IMG/VR virus record: IMGVR_UViG_3300021137_000001
Span: 265,322 to 329,321 of that record
DNA: 64,000 bases
Strand: one strand, 5' to 3'
Of the stretch, positions 28,692 to 39,558 are shown in pieces (the stretch's first letter is position 1; each line of letters opens with the position of its first letter). Made by a program: the position numbers and the translations under genes. Below the pieces are notes generated by a model that saw only the letters and a program-made list of their open reading frames with translations, did not search any database and was not told where the DNA came from.

Positions 28692-31600
28692 TTAAGCCAG
28701 AACAGTTTGGTTGATTTGTGCCGCGGTAATTGCAGTAATTATTTGCACATTATCAACAGTTGCTGCACTAACAATAATTTCATTGTATTCTGCATTAATT
28801 TGTAGCAAGCTACCAAATGTACTAGTTGCACTAAATGGTACAATAGTTATACTTGCAATGTTTGGGGCAAGTACACTATGCAAATATGCACTTAATTCAC
28901 TGAAGTAAAACGTTTCGCCAAAGTCCCAGTTTGCAACATCAAAGTAACTATTAATAGCAGCAATTACACTGGTTTTAATATCATTATCACTAATAACAAT
29001 ACTTGGATTTTTAACTACTTTAAATGTTGCTTGCAATGCTATCGGGGCTTTTGCTCCGAAGATTGGTTTAAACTTAGCAGGGTTGTAAATAATTGTATCT
29101 GTTAAACTCTTATAATTTTCCAGTGTTCCGAACTCTATACCCAATGATTCTACGCTCGGAGCAGTCGGCTCGACTATTGTATTAGTCGAATCTTGAATCC
29201 ATGCTGTGTAATCAGTTGAGTATTGTTTTGTTAACAAGTATAAGTCAATAATATTATTTGGGCTAGGATCAATACGACGATAGTTTGGACTGTTGTGTCT
29301 ATACTGGAAGTAAATGTCTTGTCTACCAGTCTTAGCGGTATAATCAGTAACTAGATTTAACACGTATGCTGAACCAGTTACAGTTAACTGATAGAATGCA
29401 TTATCAGGAGCAATATAAAATAATTGCCCAGATGCATATAATGTTGCAGATATTTGTGCATCTCGCAATGTTAAATAAGTGGCATTAACAAGCGCATTAC
29501 TAACTGGAGTTTGTGTTACAAAATTATCATATCCATAAGTAGCTTGAAAATATACATATTTGTTTGTTGTATCAATCGATGGATTAACAATTAACTCAAA
29601 TAGTTCTGGGTTATCCGGAATGCCATTACTATCAGCATCAGGAAATGTTATTAAAATTTTATTTGGATTTTCGTATCCATCAACTTCGATGATATTTTTA
29701 TATATGTACCATGTATAATCCAATGCAAGCGGATTAGCATCATCTGGATTAGCATTTACTTTTAATACCTTAACTTGATCGTGTACAGTAAGTCCAGTCT
29801 TTGGATCGAATACTTTAACTGTATTGTCAAAGTAAAAATTAGTTTCTTTTACACTTTCAAATATATAGTTTAATCCTTGATAGTAAACTGTATATGTTTG
29901 TCCTACTGTTTGGAATCGAATTAACCAGCTTGCATCTAATCCTTGACCGCTAGTATCGCCTGTGTATGCTAGACTAAAATTCCCAGTATTTAAATCACCA
30001 GGTAAAATTAATACCCAACTTGTAGTATTAATGTCATAACGTAGTCCAAAATCTTCATATGCTTGTATATAGCCTACCATAGAATCTACTAGAGTAATCG
30101 GAAAATCAACGTTGAACACTGCATAAACTGTAGTGGCAATTGCACCTTCTGGAACAATTTCATTTAATACAAGTGGGCCACTTCCGTTAGACAAGTTACC
30201 TGTGCCGCCATTTGTGCCATCACCAACTAATTGTTGAACAGCCGCATAGATATAATATTTGTCGCCAGACTTGCTCGGTGTTCCAACCCGAATAATATTT
30301 CTCGCGTCGAAATAATTGCCTAGTCCTGCACTAAATTTAATAATAGCACTTTGCTTAATATATTTGTTATTGTTTTCTACTGCACCATCTACTTGTAATA
30401 TTGACCCTGCTTGATTATATAAGTAACCAGTAGATCCGTTTGCTATAGTAGTCGAATAATGCCAGTATGCATCACTAATAGTAATCGCAGGATATTGACT
30501 ATAGAAAAACTGTAGTGTTTCTTGTGCAGCCGCAACTGGTTTAACTTGATTATAAATTGCTTTGTAAATATCATTTTTTGTGTTATAATCAAACGAGAAC
30601 GTATTAACGAATGGGTCGCGATATAACATACCATCTTCTGCAAAGATGTTAGTACTTGAATATTTTCCAGTTGTATCAATAACATCTAAGTAACGACTGA
30701 TACCGCTTGATGTACGATTAACTGCTTTAACTTTAAGCACATTACTAAACAACGTATAAGGAAGAATATTGTAATCTTCGCCTGTAACCATACGATCTTG
30801 TGTGTAATATTGTTGTGGTGCTTTTTGACGTATTTCCTCAAGTGTTTCACGTGAGCTAGCATTAGCAACTGTATAATGTAAACTAGCACGAACCGTTAAA
30901 GTTTCAACTCTACCAGAACGACTTGTATAGTTAATAGGCATAATAACACCCTGCATTTCATTTGGTGTAATTTTATAGTCTGCGCCGTTACTTACTCTAT
31001 AATATAATCTGTAATTACCTTGTGGAATGTTAGCAAAACTGCCATCACCAAATGTTAAATCAACTTGGTCATTTGCGCGAGTATTAACTTGATACACAGT
31101 CTTGCTAGTACTCTTATTATAGATAACATTTGTGTTACCGACTGATGGAACTTGTGTCCATAATGTGTGTGGTAATCCTTGTCCGTCTAAACTATATAGC
31201 CATAGATCAGTATTATTAACATTATCTACATTAACACTATACACACGATTTGGAGTGCTTTCTTGGAAAGTAAAGTCGAGTGTCTTTAATTCGCCTTGTT
31301 TAAAGTATGTGAAGAAGCCTGTGTTTGCACTTGAATTTCCTAAATTATCATTTTTGTATAACAAATTAAATGGCTGATTTGGGCGAGGAGCGATTTCATA
31401 TATATAAGTTTTACCTGCACTAGTAGGGCTAGTCATTTCAAACTTAGAAGTTGTTCCTTCTATACTGGCTGCAAAACTATAGGTTGCAATAATACTCGAA
31501 ACTAAATTAACTTGATATTCATCATTTGTAATTCCATTAATAATTTGACTATTGCTTGGTTTCCCAATCATTTGATTTGATATTAATCCTGCATTAATTA

Positions 31601-32075
31601 CCGCAGTGAATTGTTCCTGCCAGTTATCGTTGCCACTGTCTGCCCATGAAATTACCAAGCCTGCTAAATTAATGCCGTTGCTATCGTAAACAGTTTCGGT
31701 TGTACTTACACTATTAATTTTTAAAAAGCCGCTTGATGGAATATTACGTTTAGGGTTATAGCTAATTAGTTTAGCAAGTTTAAGAATACTATCACGACGT
31801 TGTGCAGTATCCATAAAGTTTTCACGTGCGTTTAAATCGCCACGGAAAGCAAGCGATTGGCCTAAGAATGCAACTAAGTCAATTAATGCAATGAACTCAC
31901 TTGATTCAATAAAGTCGTTAAAATCTTCTGGGTAGTATAAGCGTAAATAATCAATCATTGACTTACGAAGTGTTTCGTAGTCATAGCTCTGAAAGTCCGC
32001 ATTACGGAAGGTTTGATACAGTTTAGTCCAGTCTTCTGCAACTAGTAAACCTGTTTGTCGTGTAGTAATAGCCAT
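28692..32075 (-). CDS. gp6: Baseplate wedge subunit, T4 gp6-like
   Basis: DYETLRKSMIDYL...DF.ESS...LIDLVAF...ENFMDTAQRRDSILKLAKLISYNPKR; FGDG..ANIP; ETLEEIRQKAP..Y.TQDRMVTGEDY. Confidence 0.88.
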   Translation of the reverse strand: MAITTRQTGLLVAEDWTKLYQTFRNADFQSYDYETLRKSMIDYLRLYYPEDFNDFIESSEFIALIDLVAFLGQSLAFRGDLNARENFMDTAQRRDSILKLAKLISYNPKRNIPSSGFLKINSVSTTETVYDSNGINLAGLVISWADSGNDNWQEQFTAVINAGLISNQMIGKPSNSQIINGITNDEYQVNLVSSIIATYSFAASIEGTTSKFEMTSPTSAGKTYIYEIAPRPNQPFNLLYKNDNLGNSSANTGFFTYFKQGELKTLDFTFQESTPNRVYSVNVDNVNNTDLWLYSLDGQGLPHTLWTQVPSVGNTNVIYNKSTSKTVYQVNTRANDQVDLTFGDGSFANIPQGNYRLYYRVSNGADYKITPNEMQGVIMPINYTSRSGRVETLTVRASLHYTVANASSRETLEEIRQKAPQQYYTQDRMVTGEDYNILPYTLFSNVLKVKAVNRTSSGISRYLDVIDTTGKYSSTNIFAEDGMLYRDPFVNTFSFDYNTKNDIYKAIYNQVKPVAAAQETLQFFYSQYPAITISDAYWHYSTTIANGSTGYLYNQAGSILQVDGAVENNNKYIKQSAIIKFSAGLGNYFDARNIIRVGTPSKSGDKYYIYAAVQQLVGDGTNGGTGNLSNGSGPLVLNEIVPEGAIATTVYAVFNVDFPITLVDSMVGYIQAYEDFGLRYDINTTSWVLILPGDLNTGNFSLAYTGDTSGQGLDASWLIRFQTVGQTYTVYYQGLNYIFESVKETNFYFDNTVKVFDPKTGLTVHDQVKVLKVNANPDDANPLALDYTWYIYKNIIEVDGYENPNKILITFPDADSNGIPDNPELFELIVNPSIDTTNKYVYFQATYGYDNFVTQTPVSNALVNATYLTLRDAQISATLYASGQLFYIAPDNAFYQLTVTGSAYVLNLVTDYTAKTGRQDIYFQYRHNSPNYRRIDPSPNNIIDLYLLTKQYSTDYTAWIQDSTNTIVEPTAPSVESLGIEFGTLENYKSLTDTIIYNPAKFKPIFGAKAPIALQATFKVVKNPSIVISDNDIKTSVIAAINSYFDVANWDFGETFYFSELSAYLHSVLAPNIASITIVPFSATSTFGSLLQINAEYNEIIVSAATVDNVQIITAITAAQINQTVLA

Positions 32076-32125
32076 ACTATTTCCCTGTTATAATGTATTT
32101 ATTTAAGGAAAAAGTGCGCAGTTTA

Positions 32126-32503
32126 TTAGCGGGCAGTAAGTGTTCTACTTTGATTATCGAATCGAAGATTCATTAAATTAGTTTGATTCGTTTGTAAATA
32201 TCGTAATTCAAGTTCAATTTGTATACCTGTTTCAAACTCTGTAATTACAATATTATCAATAGCAACCCGTGGATCGTAACTAGCAATTGCTTTTACATCT
32301 GCTGCAATGGCACTTCTAAGCGATTCAGTAAATGGATCGTATAATACATTCCAGATAATAGTGCCAAAATTTGGATTCATCAATTTCTCGCCCTTGCGAA
32401 TTTGAAAGTGATTCATTAAGTCTTGTTTAACTAGCTCAAAGTCAGTTAGACGAAACTTTTTGTCGCGTCCAACAGTTGAGAAACCTTTATAGAATATAGC
32501 CAT
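32126..32503 (-). CDS. gp25: Baseplate wedge subunit, gp25-like
   Basis: LVKQDLMNHF..RKGEKLMNPNFGT.IW..L.DP...YDPRV (GPW/gp25 signature). Confidence 0.9.
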   Translation of the reverse strand: MAIFYKGFSTVGRDKKFRLTDFELVKQDLMNHFQIRKGEKLMNPNFGTIIWNVLYDPFTESLRSAIAADVKAIASYDPRVAIDNIVITEFETGIQIELELRYLQTNQTNLMNLRFDNQSRTLTAR

Positions 32504-32511
32504 AATAATAT

Positions 32512-34647
32512 TTATCCTGCTCTAAGTGCTGCTACTTTTGGTGCCATAACTGCAACGGCATATTTTCCTTTTTGGAAGTAACTTTCGCCGGATGTGCCAT
32601 TATTAATATCTGAACCAACTCCTGTACGTGCAAATGTATTTGCTCCACCGGCGCCTAACATATGAGCTGCCATTAGTAATCCACCAATTTCTTCATTTGA
32701 TGTAGAAGTTGTAATTGCTTTTTTAGATACTAATATGTTATAGTTAGATTTAGTAAAGTTAAAAATTGCCTGCTCTTGTATTGCTGGAGTATTAAGAAAC
32801 TTATCTCGACTTAGCCCGCCTAGCCACATTGCATCATTGCCCAAACTTGCAGTGCCTTTACAGTTACTACTAACAAAGCCAGCAGTTTGTAATGCAGCAT
32901 AGCCCATCTGATACTTGCCTAAGAATCCGCATTGATTAATTGCCATATACCCTGCTTGTCCATTTTGTAAGCGTGGAGAATATGACTGTGGTACTTTACA
33001 ATCTACACTCATCGGAGTTGCACCACTACTTTCACTTTTGGCAATTTGCGCTAGCAAAGCAATTACTTCATCTTTGCTTAACGGTCCTATCACACCAAGT
33101 CCATCAGCATTAATTAATTGATCTCTAACATTCGTATCAGTTAGTGTACCCGACACTCCTTTTAACTTTTTATACGCCGGAGTAAAACTAGTATCTGGTG
33201 TGCCCGGTGGAGTTGATACCGGTGCTGTTTCTTCAGTAGCCCTACCTCCACGATTAAATGGTTCGTGAGTCGGTGCTACAGATACAATGGTTGACAATTT
33301 TTCAGATTGAGTGTATAATCCAGTACTACTAAGCGCCACATCAGTTAAACTATTTGGAGTTATTGGTGTCGGTGCAGTAACAGGTGCACCAGCAACTGAA
33401 TTTTGAAGTATTGTTCCGTTTAGTACTAGTTTACCACTTGCATTTATCGATACCGTTGCTGCATCAATATTATATGCACCACCCGATTTAAATTCTATTC
33501 CACTTGCGCCTACACTTAGTTTGCCAGTCGATAGTAGATTAATACCCGCCGCATTAATTTGTAATTTATTGCCTGCGTTTATGTTAATATTATTAGTTGC
33601 ATTAAGATTGATATTAGTATCTGAATGAATATTAACAGTACCCTCACTTCTTACATTAAATCCAGCTTTTGAATATATATGCACTTGCCCATCATTTGAT
33701 AACTCGATCCAACTTGTTCCGTCACTGTGTGCAATATATAAAGTGTTTTGTATATCGTTCATCATTATCTGATGCCCAGTCGCAGTACGTAATCTAATTA
33801 ACTGATCTTCGCCTGTTACACTTCCGTCATCCATGACAAATGTGTGACCTCCTCGACGAGTTGTGTATCTATAATCATCTTCAGTAAGCGTACCTGCATT
33901 TACTTTAGCTAGAAATGCTGCAGGATTATCGGCAGGATCATCATACGGGCGACCTGGGGTACTAATACCAAATACAGTACTTGGACTTTCGCGTTGACTA
34001 CTACTAGAAATTGTGCCGCGAGCAGTATCTCTATCTAGTCCTTGCTTTTTTAATATATCATATTGTGGTTCGTGAATTGGTTTAGGATTACTAAAAAAGT
34101 TTGACTTTTGAGCAATAATAGGATCATTTTCATTAAATTCAACTACCGGAGCATTTGTTCCAGGTTGATATGATTGTTTAGTTGCATCATTTGCTCCAGA
34201 TAAATCAACATTGACGCTACTTGCCAATCCTGGTAACATAGTTCTGCTTATATGTGAGTTAACACACGCAATAAAGTATCCACGCAATGGGTCGCCGCCA
34301 ATAAACATTACAATAACTTCTATACCAACATCAGGCGGAACCATCCACATACCATATGTATGTGGTACATTTCTAAATTTGTTGTCAGTATTAGGTAATT
34401 TATTTGCTGTTTTTGCAATATCTGTTGTACCCATAAATGGGCTTGCATAACTTACAGTACGCCAATTTTGCGGTTCATCAGGATTACCACCAAAGTCCGG
34501 AATCCAAACTTGAAGCCTACCGCAGCGGGTTGGGTCAAGATTATTTTTTACAACCCCTATATACGGATGTGGGTCAACTCTGGTTGCAGCAGCTTCTTCT
34601 TTACGCAACTGTTTACTAACTTTATTACCGACTCTATGATCTAACAT
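32512..34647 (-). CDS. gp5: Baseplate central spike gp5-like with C-terminal lysozyme/transglycosylase-like domain
   Basis: OB-fold GVVKNNLDP..CGRLQVWIP...PPDVG.EV.V.F.GGD; GGHTFVMDDG...GHQIMMND beta-helix; C-terminal KSESSG...N..GFLGKYQMG...AAHMLGAGGA. Confidence 0.8.
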   Translation of the reverse strand: MLDHRVGNKVSKQLRKEEAAATRVDPHPYIGVVKNNLDPTRCGRLQVWIPDFGGNPDEPQNWRTVSYASPFMGTTDIAKTANKLPNTDNKFRNVPHTYGMWMVPPDVGIEVIVMFIGGDPLRGYFIACVNSHISRTMLPGLASSVNVDLSGANDATKQSYQPGTNAPVVEFNENDPIIAQKSNFFSNPKPIHEPQYDILKKQGLDRDTARGTISSSSQRESPSTVFGISTPGRPYDDPADNPAAFLAKVNAGTLTEDDYRYTTRRGGHTFVMDDGSVTGEDQLIRLRTATGHQIMMNDIQNTLYIAHSDGTSWIELSNDGQVHIYSKAGFNVRSEGTVNIHSDTNINLNATNNININAGNKLQINAAGINLLSTGKLSVGASGIEFKSGGAYNIDAATVSINASGKLVLNGTILQNSVAGAPVTAPTPITPNSLTDVALSSTGLYTQSEKLSTIVSVAPTHEPFNRGGRATEETAPVSTPPGTPDTSFTPAYKKLKGVSGTLTDTNVRDQLINADGLGVIGPLSKDEVIALLAQIAKSESSGATPMSVDCKVPQSYSPRLQNGQAGYMAINQCGFLGKYQMGYAALQTAGFVSSNCKGTASLGNDAMWLGGLSRDKFLNTPAIQEQAIFNFTKSNYNILVSKKAITTSTSNEEIGGLLMAAHMLGAGGANTFARTGVGSDINNGTSGESYFQKGKYAVAVMAPKVAALRAG

Positions 34648-34666
34648 TATTTACTTCCTTATTTTA

Positions 34667-37600
34667 TTATGCCGCTCTTGAATATGCATCTAACGCATTA
34701 ACATAAGTAGTCTGCGCGGCTTTGTTGGCTGTGTCTAATGAATTAAAATTTGACTGCGCAGCGGGTAACTGGGCTTGCATTGCTGGCAGATCAGCTTGAA
34801 GTTGTGCCAAGTTTGTTGTTGCAGTTGCTTGGAGTCCTGCATTGATATTAGGATTAGTCAATTGAGTTTGATATCTTGCAATCCTCGACTGCGTATATTC
34901 AATATTACTTTGTAGTGTATTAAGTGAGTCTAACGCAGTATTTGCCGCTGCTTGTGCAGTATTTCTATCAGCAAGGGCCTGATCTGACAGGGCTTTTAGT
35001 GATAGTTTAGCATCACTCGGTGGAACCGGACTCGGCATGGCTATTGGTTCAGTAGTAGATGTAATTGCAGTTTCGGGTGCAGTAGAATCAACTTTAGCTA
35101 GTGCCTTTTCTTCTGCGGTTTGTGTCGGTGCTTCTTTGTCTACAGTCGGATTACTACCAGGTGCTTTATCGTCACCTGTTGTTTTAGCTGGCTGTGCAGT
35201 TGGCGGCGCATTAGTAGTATCAACAGGTGCAACAGCTCCTGCGACTTCAGTTCGCTCAACACTAACTGGTTTAGGTTTATTCACATAATCGTACATCGTT
35301 TGTCGTGGTAAGCGTACTATGTTTAAGGTTTGTGTGAATTGTCCACCAGAAAATACACTATCGACAGTCAATACTTTATACATACCCGTAAATACACTTT
35401 GCTGATATTTTGATTCAAACTTCATTAACCCAGTTTCTTCGTCTATGTCTGACGGGGTTCTAAATGTTATTTGTATATATACTTCGCCAGAATCCATTTC
35501 TAAGCTACCATTTGCAATAAGTCTTGAGTCAGGACCGGTATTGTCAACTTGTTCGGATGTTACTTCCATGTTAGGTGCACGAAATACATCATCTTGTTTA
35601 ATATATTGCGGATCGCCTATAATTTTCAATGTAACCCCAATCATATCTCCACTCCAACTAGAATACAATGATTGTTCAACATCACTTGCAGCAATTTGAT
35701 GTATACTCGTGTCGCCACCAGTGGCACGTGCCGCCGAGTTAGTAGTTTCGGGACGTTCTTTTTGTTTTTGTAACGCCGTCGGGTCTGCACTAGCACTATA
35801 ATTTGCTGGATTATTTACTTGATCAGACGAATCAGTGGCGCCAGCAACTACTCCCATACTCCCTTTGTATGCGGTAGTTGCATTATAATACAATGCCTTA
35901 AATTCAACATTAAAGTCAAGTATATCATCATTTTTACCAGTATACCAATAATTGTGCTCTTTAACCGGAGATTCAATTATGCCCTGAGGAGCAATTGATA
36001 ATTTAGCATTATATATTTTATATGGAATTACATTGTATGTAATTGTTCTTGCCCATGTTCCTTTTATATCATCATAATCGCCTAATATTACAGATGGAAC
36101 AATCTTAAACCATTTAAGCGGTTCGTTAAGTACTTTCTTCTTAGCATCGCCCCATTTTTTCATATCGCCAGCAAAATCCTCAGGTACCACTAGCTGATCC
36201 TGAATGTAATTACTGTTACGCATAACAAAGTTGATTACTTGATCGATACTAGTCCCAGTATTAATCGAAAATATTCTCGAATTATACGACATCGCCGCTG
36301 TTTCTGCACCAATATTACCTTTTCTAATATTTGCAGTGTCACGAACATTGCCCATCTGTGTATCTTTTGGACTTAATTTTTTCTCAAGTACAAGGGTCGA
36401 ATTAGCGATATCAGGATGAAAATTAAATACATACTTGTCTGCATGTGTAATTTTATTTGTGTTAACCAATTCATCATTCCATGCGTTAATTGCACTTGCG
36501 TAAGATTTTACATCATATACTGGATCGTTTGCTATCGAATTAATACCAGCGGCACTTACTTTACTCATTAACGCAAGTCCAACAACTTCGTTTGTACCAC
36601 CGTTTACAGTTAATGTTCCATTTGCTGCCTGAGTGTATGCTCCTGTTGCACCAACTACTTTTTCTCGTTCTGCGGCTACATCAGCAAATGATGTTTCTTT
36701 TTCATTGCCTTGAAACATTGATGCAACTGTACCTGCTGCAATTTCAAAGTGGGCAGGTGTCTGCACTGTTTGTACATCATATGCAGAATGATTATATGCA
36801 GCGGCAGTTATATTATATTCGCTTCCTTTACTGGATGCTTTAATTTCCATTGTCAGAATACGAATCGGGATATGTTTAGTTTGTCCAGGAATAGCACCTA
36901 TTATTTCTCCTGCATTATTAATTGCAAAGAAATCAATTTGCAACATATACGGTTGCTCTGTATAGTTTGGTGTTTTCATTTCATCGGATGCACACATATC
37001 AATGATACGATTCAATAATGTCATTCCATATGGTTCCATTATGGAAAATGATATTTCAACTGCATTAGTCGCACGATTGTTATCATTCATACCAATGACT
37101 GTTTTCATATTAAGCTGTTCAAAGTAAAAATCTTCATTAAAAAATGAACTACGGACAAACTGGCTCGCGCCAACTGTGTTGTTGTATCTTCCTGCACTAG
37201 CAATAATCACCCGATTCGGAACATACGATTCTGGCTTTTTAACTATATCGTTATATTCTTTTTTTGTTAACATAGCAAGGCTAAGCCCGTATGTATATGA
37301 AGGGTAATCTAATAAAGGGTTAGGAATTGGTTTACTCTGATCAACTGTCGACTTTGGAGTAGTTTTTACTGCATCTGCAGCAGTTACTTCGGATGCCTTT
37401 GAAAAGTTTGGAGCAATGTCGTAATTATTAAGAGCTACTCCTGCACCTGCGGTATTAACTTTTAGATTAGTTTGCTCACCGGCTGACAATGTGCTGTCTT
37501 CGGCTGGTGGTGCAGGAGGTGCCACAGTATTTTGTGTAGCAACTGTTGGTTCGGCCGTTGGCGGATCGTTTGCTACTTTATTTGCTGCTGTATCCGATGT

Positions 37601-37867
37601 CACAACCGGTGCTTCTTGTAATTGCGTATTTAAGTCTGCGATTGCCAATCCTTGTCGACGCACAATATCAGAGGAATTTGCAATTTCTACTTGTAAATCT
37701 TCAGCATCTTGAAGTAAATTTGCTCGCATACTACTATTGCCGGGCGAGTTAGCTGCTATCACTTTTGCATCATACTGACTTTGCAAACTTGCAAGAGTAG
37801 CTTGATTAGCTGAAAGATTTTGTTGAGCTATTGATATCTGTTGCTGTAATTGTGCTGCCGTTGCCAT
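34667..37867 (-). CDS. Baseplate hub protein (gp27/gpD-like) with coiled-coil termini
   Basis: NPLLDYPSYTY..., FSIMEPYG, LKIIGDP.YI, G.Y.V..V.S.FSGGQFTQTL; lies between the gp53- and gp5-like genes. Confidence 0.6.
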   Translation of the reverse strand: MATAAQLQQQISIAQQNLSANQATLASLQSQYDAKVIAANSPGNSSMRANLLQDAEDLQVEIANSSDIVRRQGLAIADLNTQLQEAPVVTSDTAANKVANDPPTAEPTVATQNTVAPPAPPAEDSTLSAGEQTNLKVNTAGAGVALNNYDIAPNFSKASEVTAADAVKTTPKSTVDQSKPIPNPLLDYPSYTYGLSLAMLTKKEYNDIVKKPESYVPNRVIIASAGRYNNTVGASQFVRSSFFNEDFYFEQLNMKTVIGMNDNNRATNAVEISFSIMEPYGMTLLNRIIDMCASDEMKTPNYTEQPYMLQIDFFAINNAGEIIGAIPGQTKHIPIRILTMEIKASSKGSEYNITAAAYNHSAYDVQTVQTPAHFEIAAGTVASMFQGNEKETSFADVAAEREKVVGATGAYTQAANGTLTVNGGTNEVVGLALMSKVSAAGINSIANDPVYDVKSYASAINAWNDELVNTNKITHADKYVFNFHPDIANSTLVLEKKLSPKDTQMGNVRDTANIRKGNIGAETAAMSYNSRIFSINTGTSIDQVINFVMRNSNYIQDQLVVPEDFAGDMKKWGDAKKKVLNEPLKWFKIVPSVILGDYDDIKGTWARTITYNVIPYKIYNAKLSIAPQGIIESPVKEHNYWYTGKNDDILDFNVEFKALYYNATTAYKGSMGVVAGATDSSDQVNNPANYSASADPTALQKQKERPETTNSAARATGGDTSIHQIAASDVEQSLYSSWSGDMIGVTLKIIGDPQYIKQDDVFRAPNMEVTSEQVDNTGPDSRLIANGSLEMDSGEVYIQITFRTPSDIDEETGLMKFESKYQQSVFTGMYKVLTVDSVFSGGQFTQTLNIVRLPRQTMYDYVNKPKPVSVERTEVAGAVAPVDTTNAPPTAQPAKTTGDDKAPGSNPTVDKEAPTQTAEEKALAKVDSTAPETAITSTTEPIAMPSPVPPSDAKLSLKALSDQALADRNTAQAAANTALDSLNTLQSNIEYTQSRIARYQTQLTNPNINAGLQATATTNLAQLQADLPAMQAQLPAAQSNFNSLDTANKAAQTTYVNALDAYSRAA

Positions 37868-37870
37868 TTA

Positions 37871-38176
37871 TTATAATCCTAATGCTGCGGTAATAGTTGC
37901 TTTTTTAGGAATATATATTGTTGTTCCCGGAACAAAATCAAATACTGGATCTTGTATTGTATTTGGATTACGCATGGCAAATACCCACCATAATGCACTA
38001 TCACCATATAAGTCAAATGATAGCAGGTCTGGACGATATTTGTATATTGCGTCAATTTGATATACTACATCAGCCGGATCAGCTGGAATATCCCTAAATG
38101 TTGTAATATCTAAAAAGAAACTGTAAGTCGATGTATCTGAATATGGACTAGTTTTACTGTATGTTACTGCGGCCAT
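37871..38176 (-). CDS. gp53: Baseplate wedge subunit gp53-like (LysM-like)
   Basis: YRPDLLSFDLYGDSALWWVFA.RN...DP.FDF.PG..IYIP. Confidence 0.85.
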   Translation of the reverse strand: MAAVTYSKTSPYSDTSTYSFFLDITTFRDIPADPADVVYQIDAIYKYRPDLLSFDLYGDSALWWVFAMRNPNTIQDPVFDFVPGTTIYIPKKATITAALGL

Positions 38177-39378
38177 TATAGGAATCCTCCATAACCCAAA
38201 TCTTTATCTTGTAGCAATCTACCTGCAGCAAACGAGTCAAGATTGAATCTATCATGCAGATTTTTACGACTGTATACTGGTTTTAATGTAATCGATATTG
38301 TACTTGTTGCAGGAACACGAGTCGATGTTGTTACTGATTTATATGCTGTTTTTGTTTTGTTTGCAACACTCATAGGAGTTTCGGGTGTAACTAATGATTC
38401 TGTTAACGTTGCTGTAGTAACTGGAATTTCTATATAATCTACCTCGTTAGGCAAAGTATGCGAAAAGTTACTAATTACACACGGAATATGTGGGAAATAA
38501 TGACTACCGTATCCATCTAAGAATACAATTGGTGGTGGGTTACCTGCATTAGCACCTTGTCCAAAAAACATTTTAGTGGCCGATCTAAAAAAGTATATTG
38601 CAGCAAGCAAGTATTTGCCCTCATCAATACCTTGAACTGTAAATTCACCAGAAATAGTAATATCGCTTACTTCACTGTTATTATAGAATTGTTGCGGATA
38701 GTTACTATGAGTTGGAGTTGCTGGAGTGTAGTTTGCTACATGCGAAGTAGTAATGCTTGGTGTATAAGGGAAAATTACACCGTTAGTATCTTTAAGTGGT
38801 GCCATAAGACTATTTGGATTAGGGCCAGTTTCTTTATAAAATATAGTCGACAGATCAGCTAAACTTATGCGAACTCTCCAATCATCGGATGCACCGGAGC
38901 TATCTCCTCCGGTTTGAGTTTGAAATGCAACTTGTGGTGCTGTCTTGGCATCACTTGCAGCTCCGCCATCCTTAAGTCCTGAAATTGCTTTACGTGCATC
39001 TGTTGATTCGTATGAGCCTGCATCTTTTGATGGATCATATCCGCCGTTAACTGATTCTTCTTGTCCGGGAATATATCCACCACGTGTATCATATGTTCCA
39101 GCTAATGCACTGCCAGTTGTATAATCCTGACTAATTGCAGCCTGGCCGCCAATTGAATCAGTTCCTGTTAAATATGCACTCGGGTTACTTGCATTGTATC
39201 CGCCACCACTACTTAATGCTTGCGCACCGTTATATCCGCCGGCAAAACTTGGCGCATACGCACCGGTATAGTTTTGCGGAGCATAAGGGTCGTAGCCACC
39301 ATTGGTAGAATCAACTTGTCCGGGCACGTAACCACCTCTATTATCAAATATAGGTGCGTCTGTAGGATTTAGAGCCAT
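38176..39378 (-). CDS. Tail-tube initiator / baseplate tube cap (gp48/gp54-like) with N-terminal GGY-rich extension
   Basis: GVIFPYTP.I...Y..NS.V..I.ISGEF...GNPPPIVFLDGYG...PCVI.NFS..LP..VDY; upstream of the gp53-like gene. Confidence 0.65.
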   Translation of the reverse strand: MALNPTDAPIFDNRGGYVPGQVDSTNGGYDPYAPQNYTGAYAPSFAGGYNGAQALSSGGGYNASNPSAYLTGTDSIGGQAAISQDYTTGSALAGTYDTRGGYIPGQEESVNGGYDPSKDAGSYESTDARKAISGLKDGGAASDAKTAPQVAFQTQTGGDSSGASDDWRVRISLADLSTIFYKETGPNPNSLMAPLKDTNGVIFPYTPSITTSHVANYTPATPTHSNYPQQFYNNSEVSDITISGEFTVQGIDEGKYLLAAIYFFRSATKMFFGQGANAGNPPPIVFLDGYGSHYFPHIPCVISNFSHTLPNEVDYIEIPVTTATLTESLVTPETPMSVANKTKTAYKSVTTSTRVPATSTISITLKPVYSRKNLHDRFNLDSFAAGRLLQDKDLGYGGFL

Positions 39379-39399
39379 AGTAAAACCTCTGTTATAGTG

Positions 39400-39405
39400 T
39401 ATTTA
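39400..39405 (-). promoter_or_regulatory. Late promoter (TAAATA) heading the baseplate operon
   Basis: Minus strand AATAAATA upstream of RBS GAGG and the ATG at 39378. Confidence 0.65.
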
Positions 39406-39450
39406 TTGTCGGAGAAATAGTAGCAGTTAAAGAATAACCAGATAAATAGG

Positions 39451-39479
39451 TTGTATAGCGCAATACTATATGTTATAAT
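39451..39479 (+). promoter_or_regulatory. Sigma70-type (early) promoter for the gp55-gp47-gp46 operon
   Basis: TTGTAT-17 nt-TATAAT with extended -10 TG. Confidence 0.65.
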
Positions 39480-39509
39480 AATTAAAAGGAATCTATTCAC
39501 ATCATAATA

Positions 39510-39536
39510 AGTAAAGTAAATTACCTAAATAGATAA
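39510..39536 (+). pseudogene. Fossil 5' fragment of gp55 (SKVNYLNR*)
   Basis: AGT AAA GTA AAT TAC CTA AAT AGA TAA mirrors the gp55 start MARRVNYLNNK. Confidence 0.6.
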
Positions 39537-39558
39537 ATATATAAAAGGTAATATAAAT

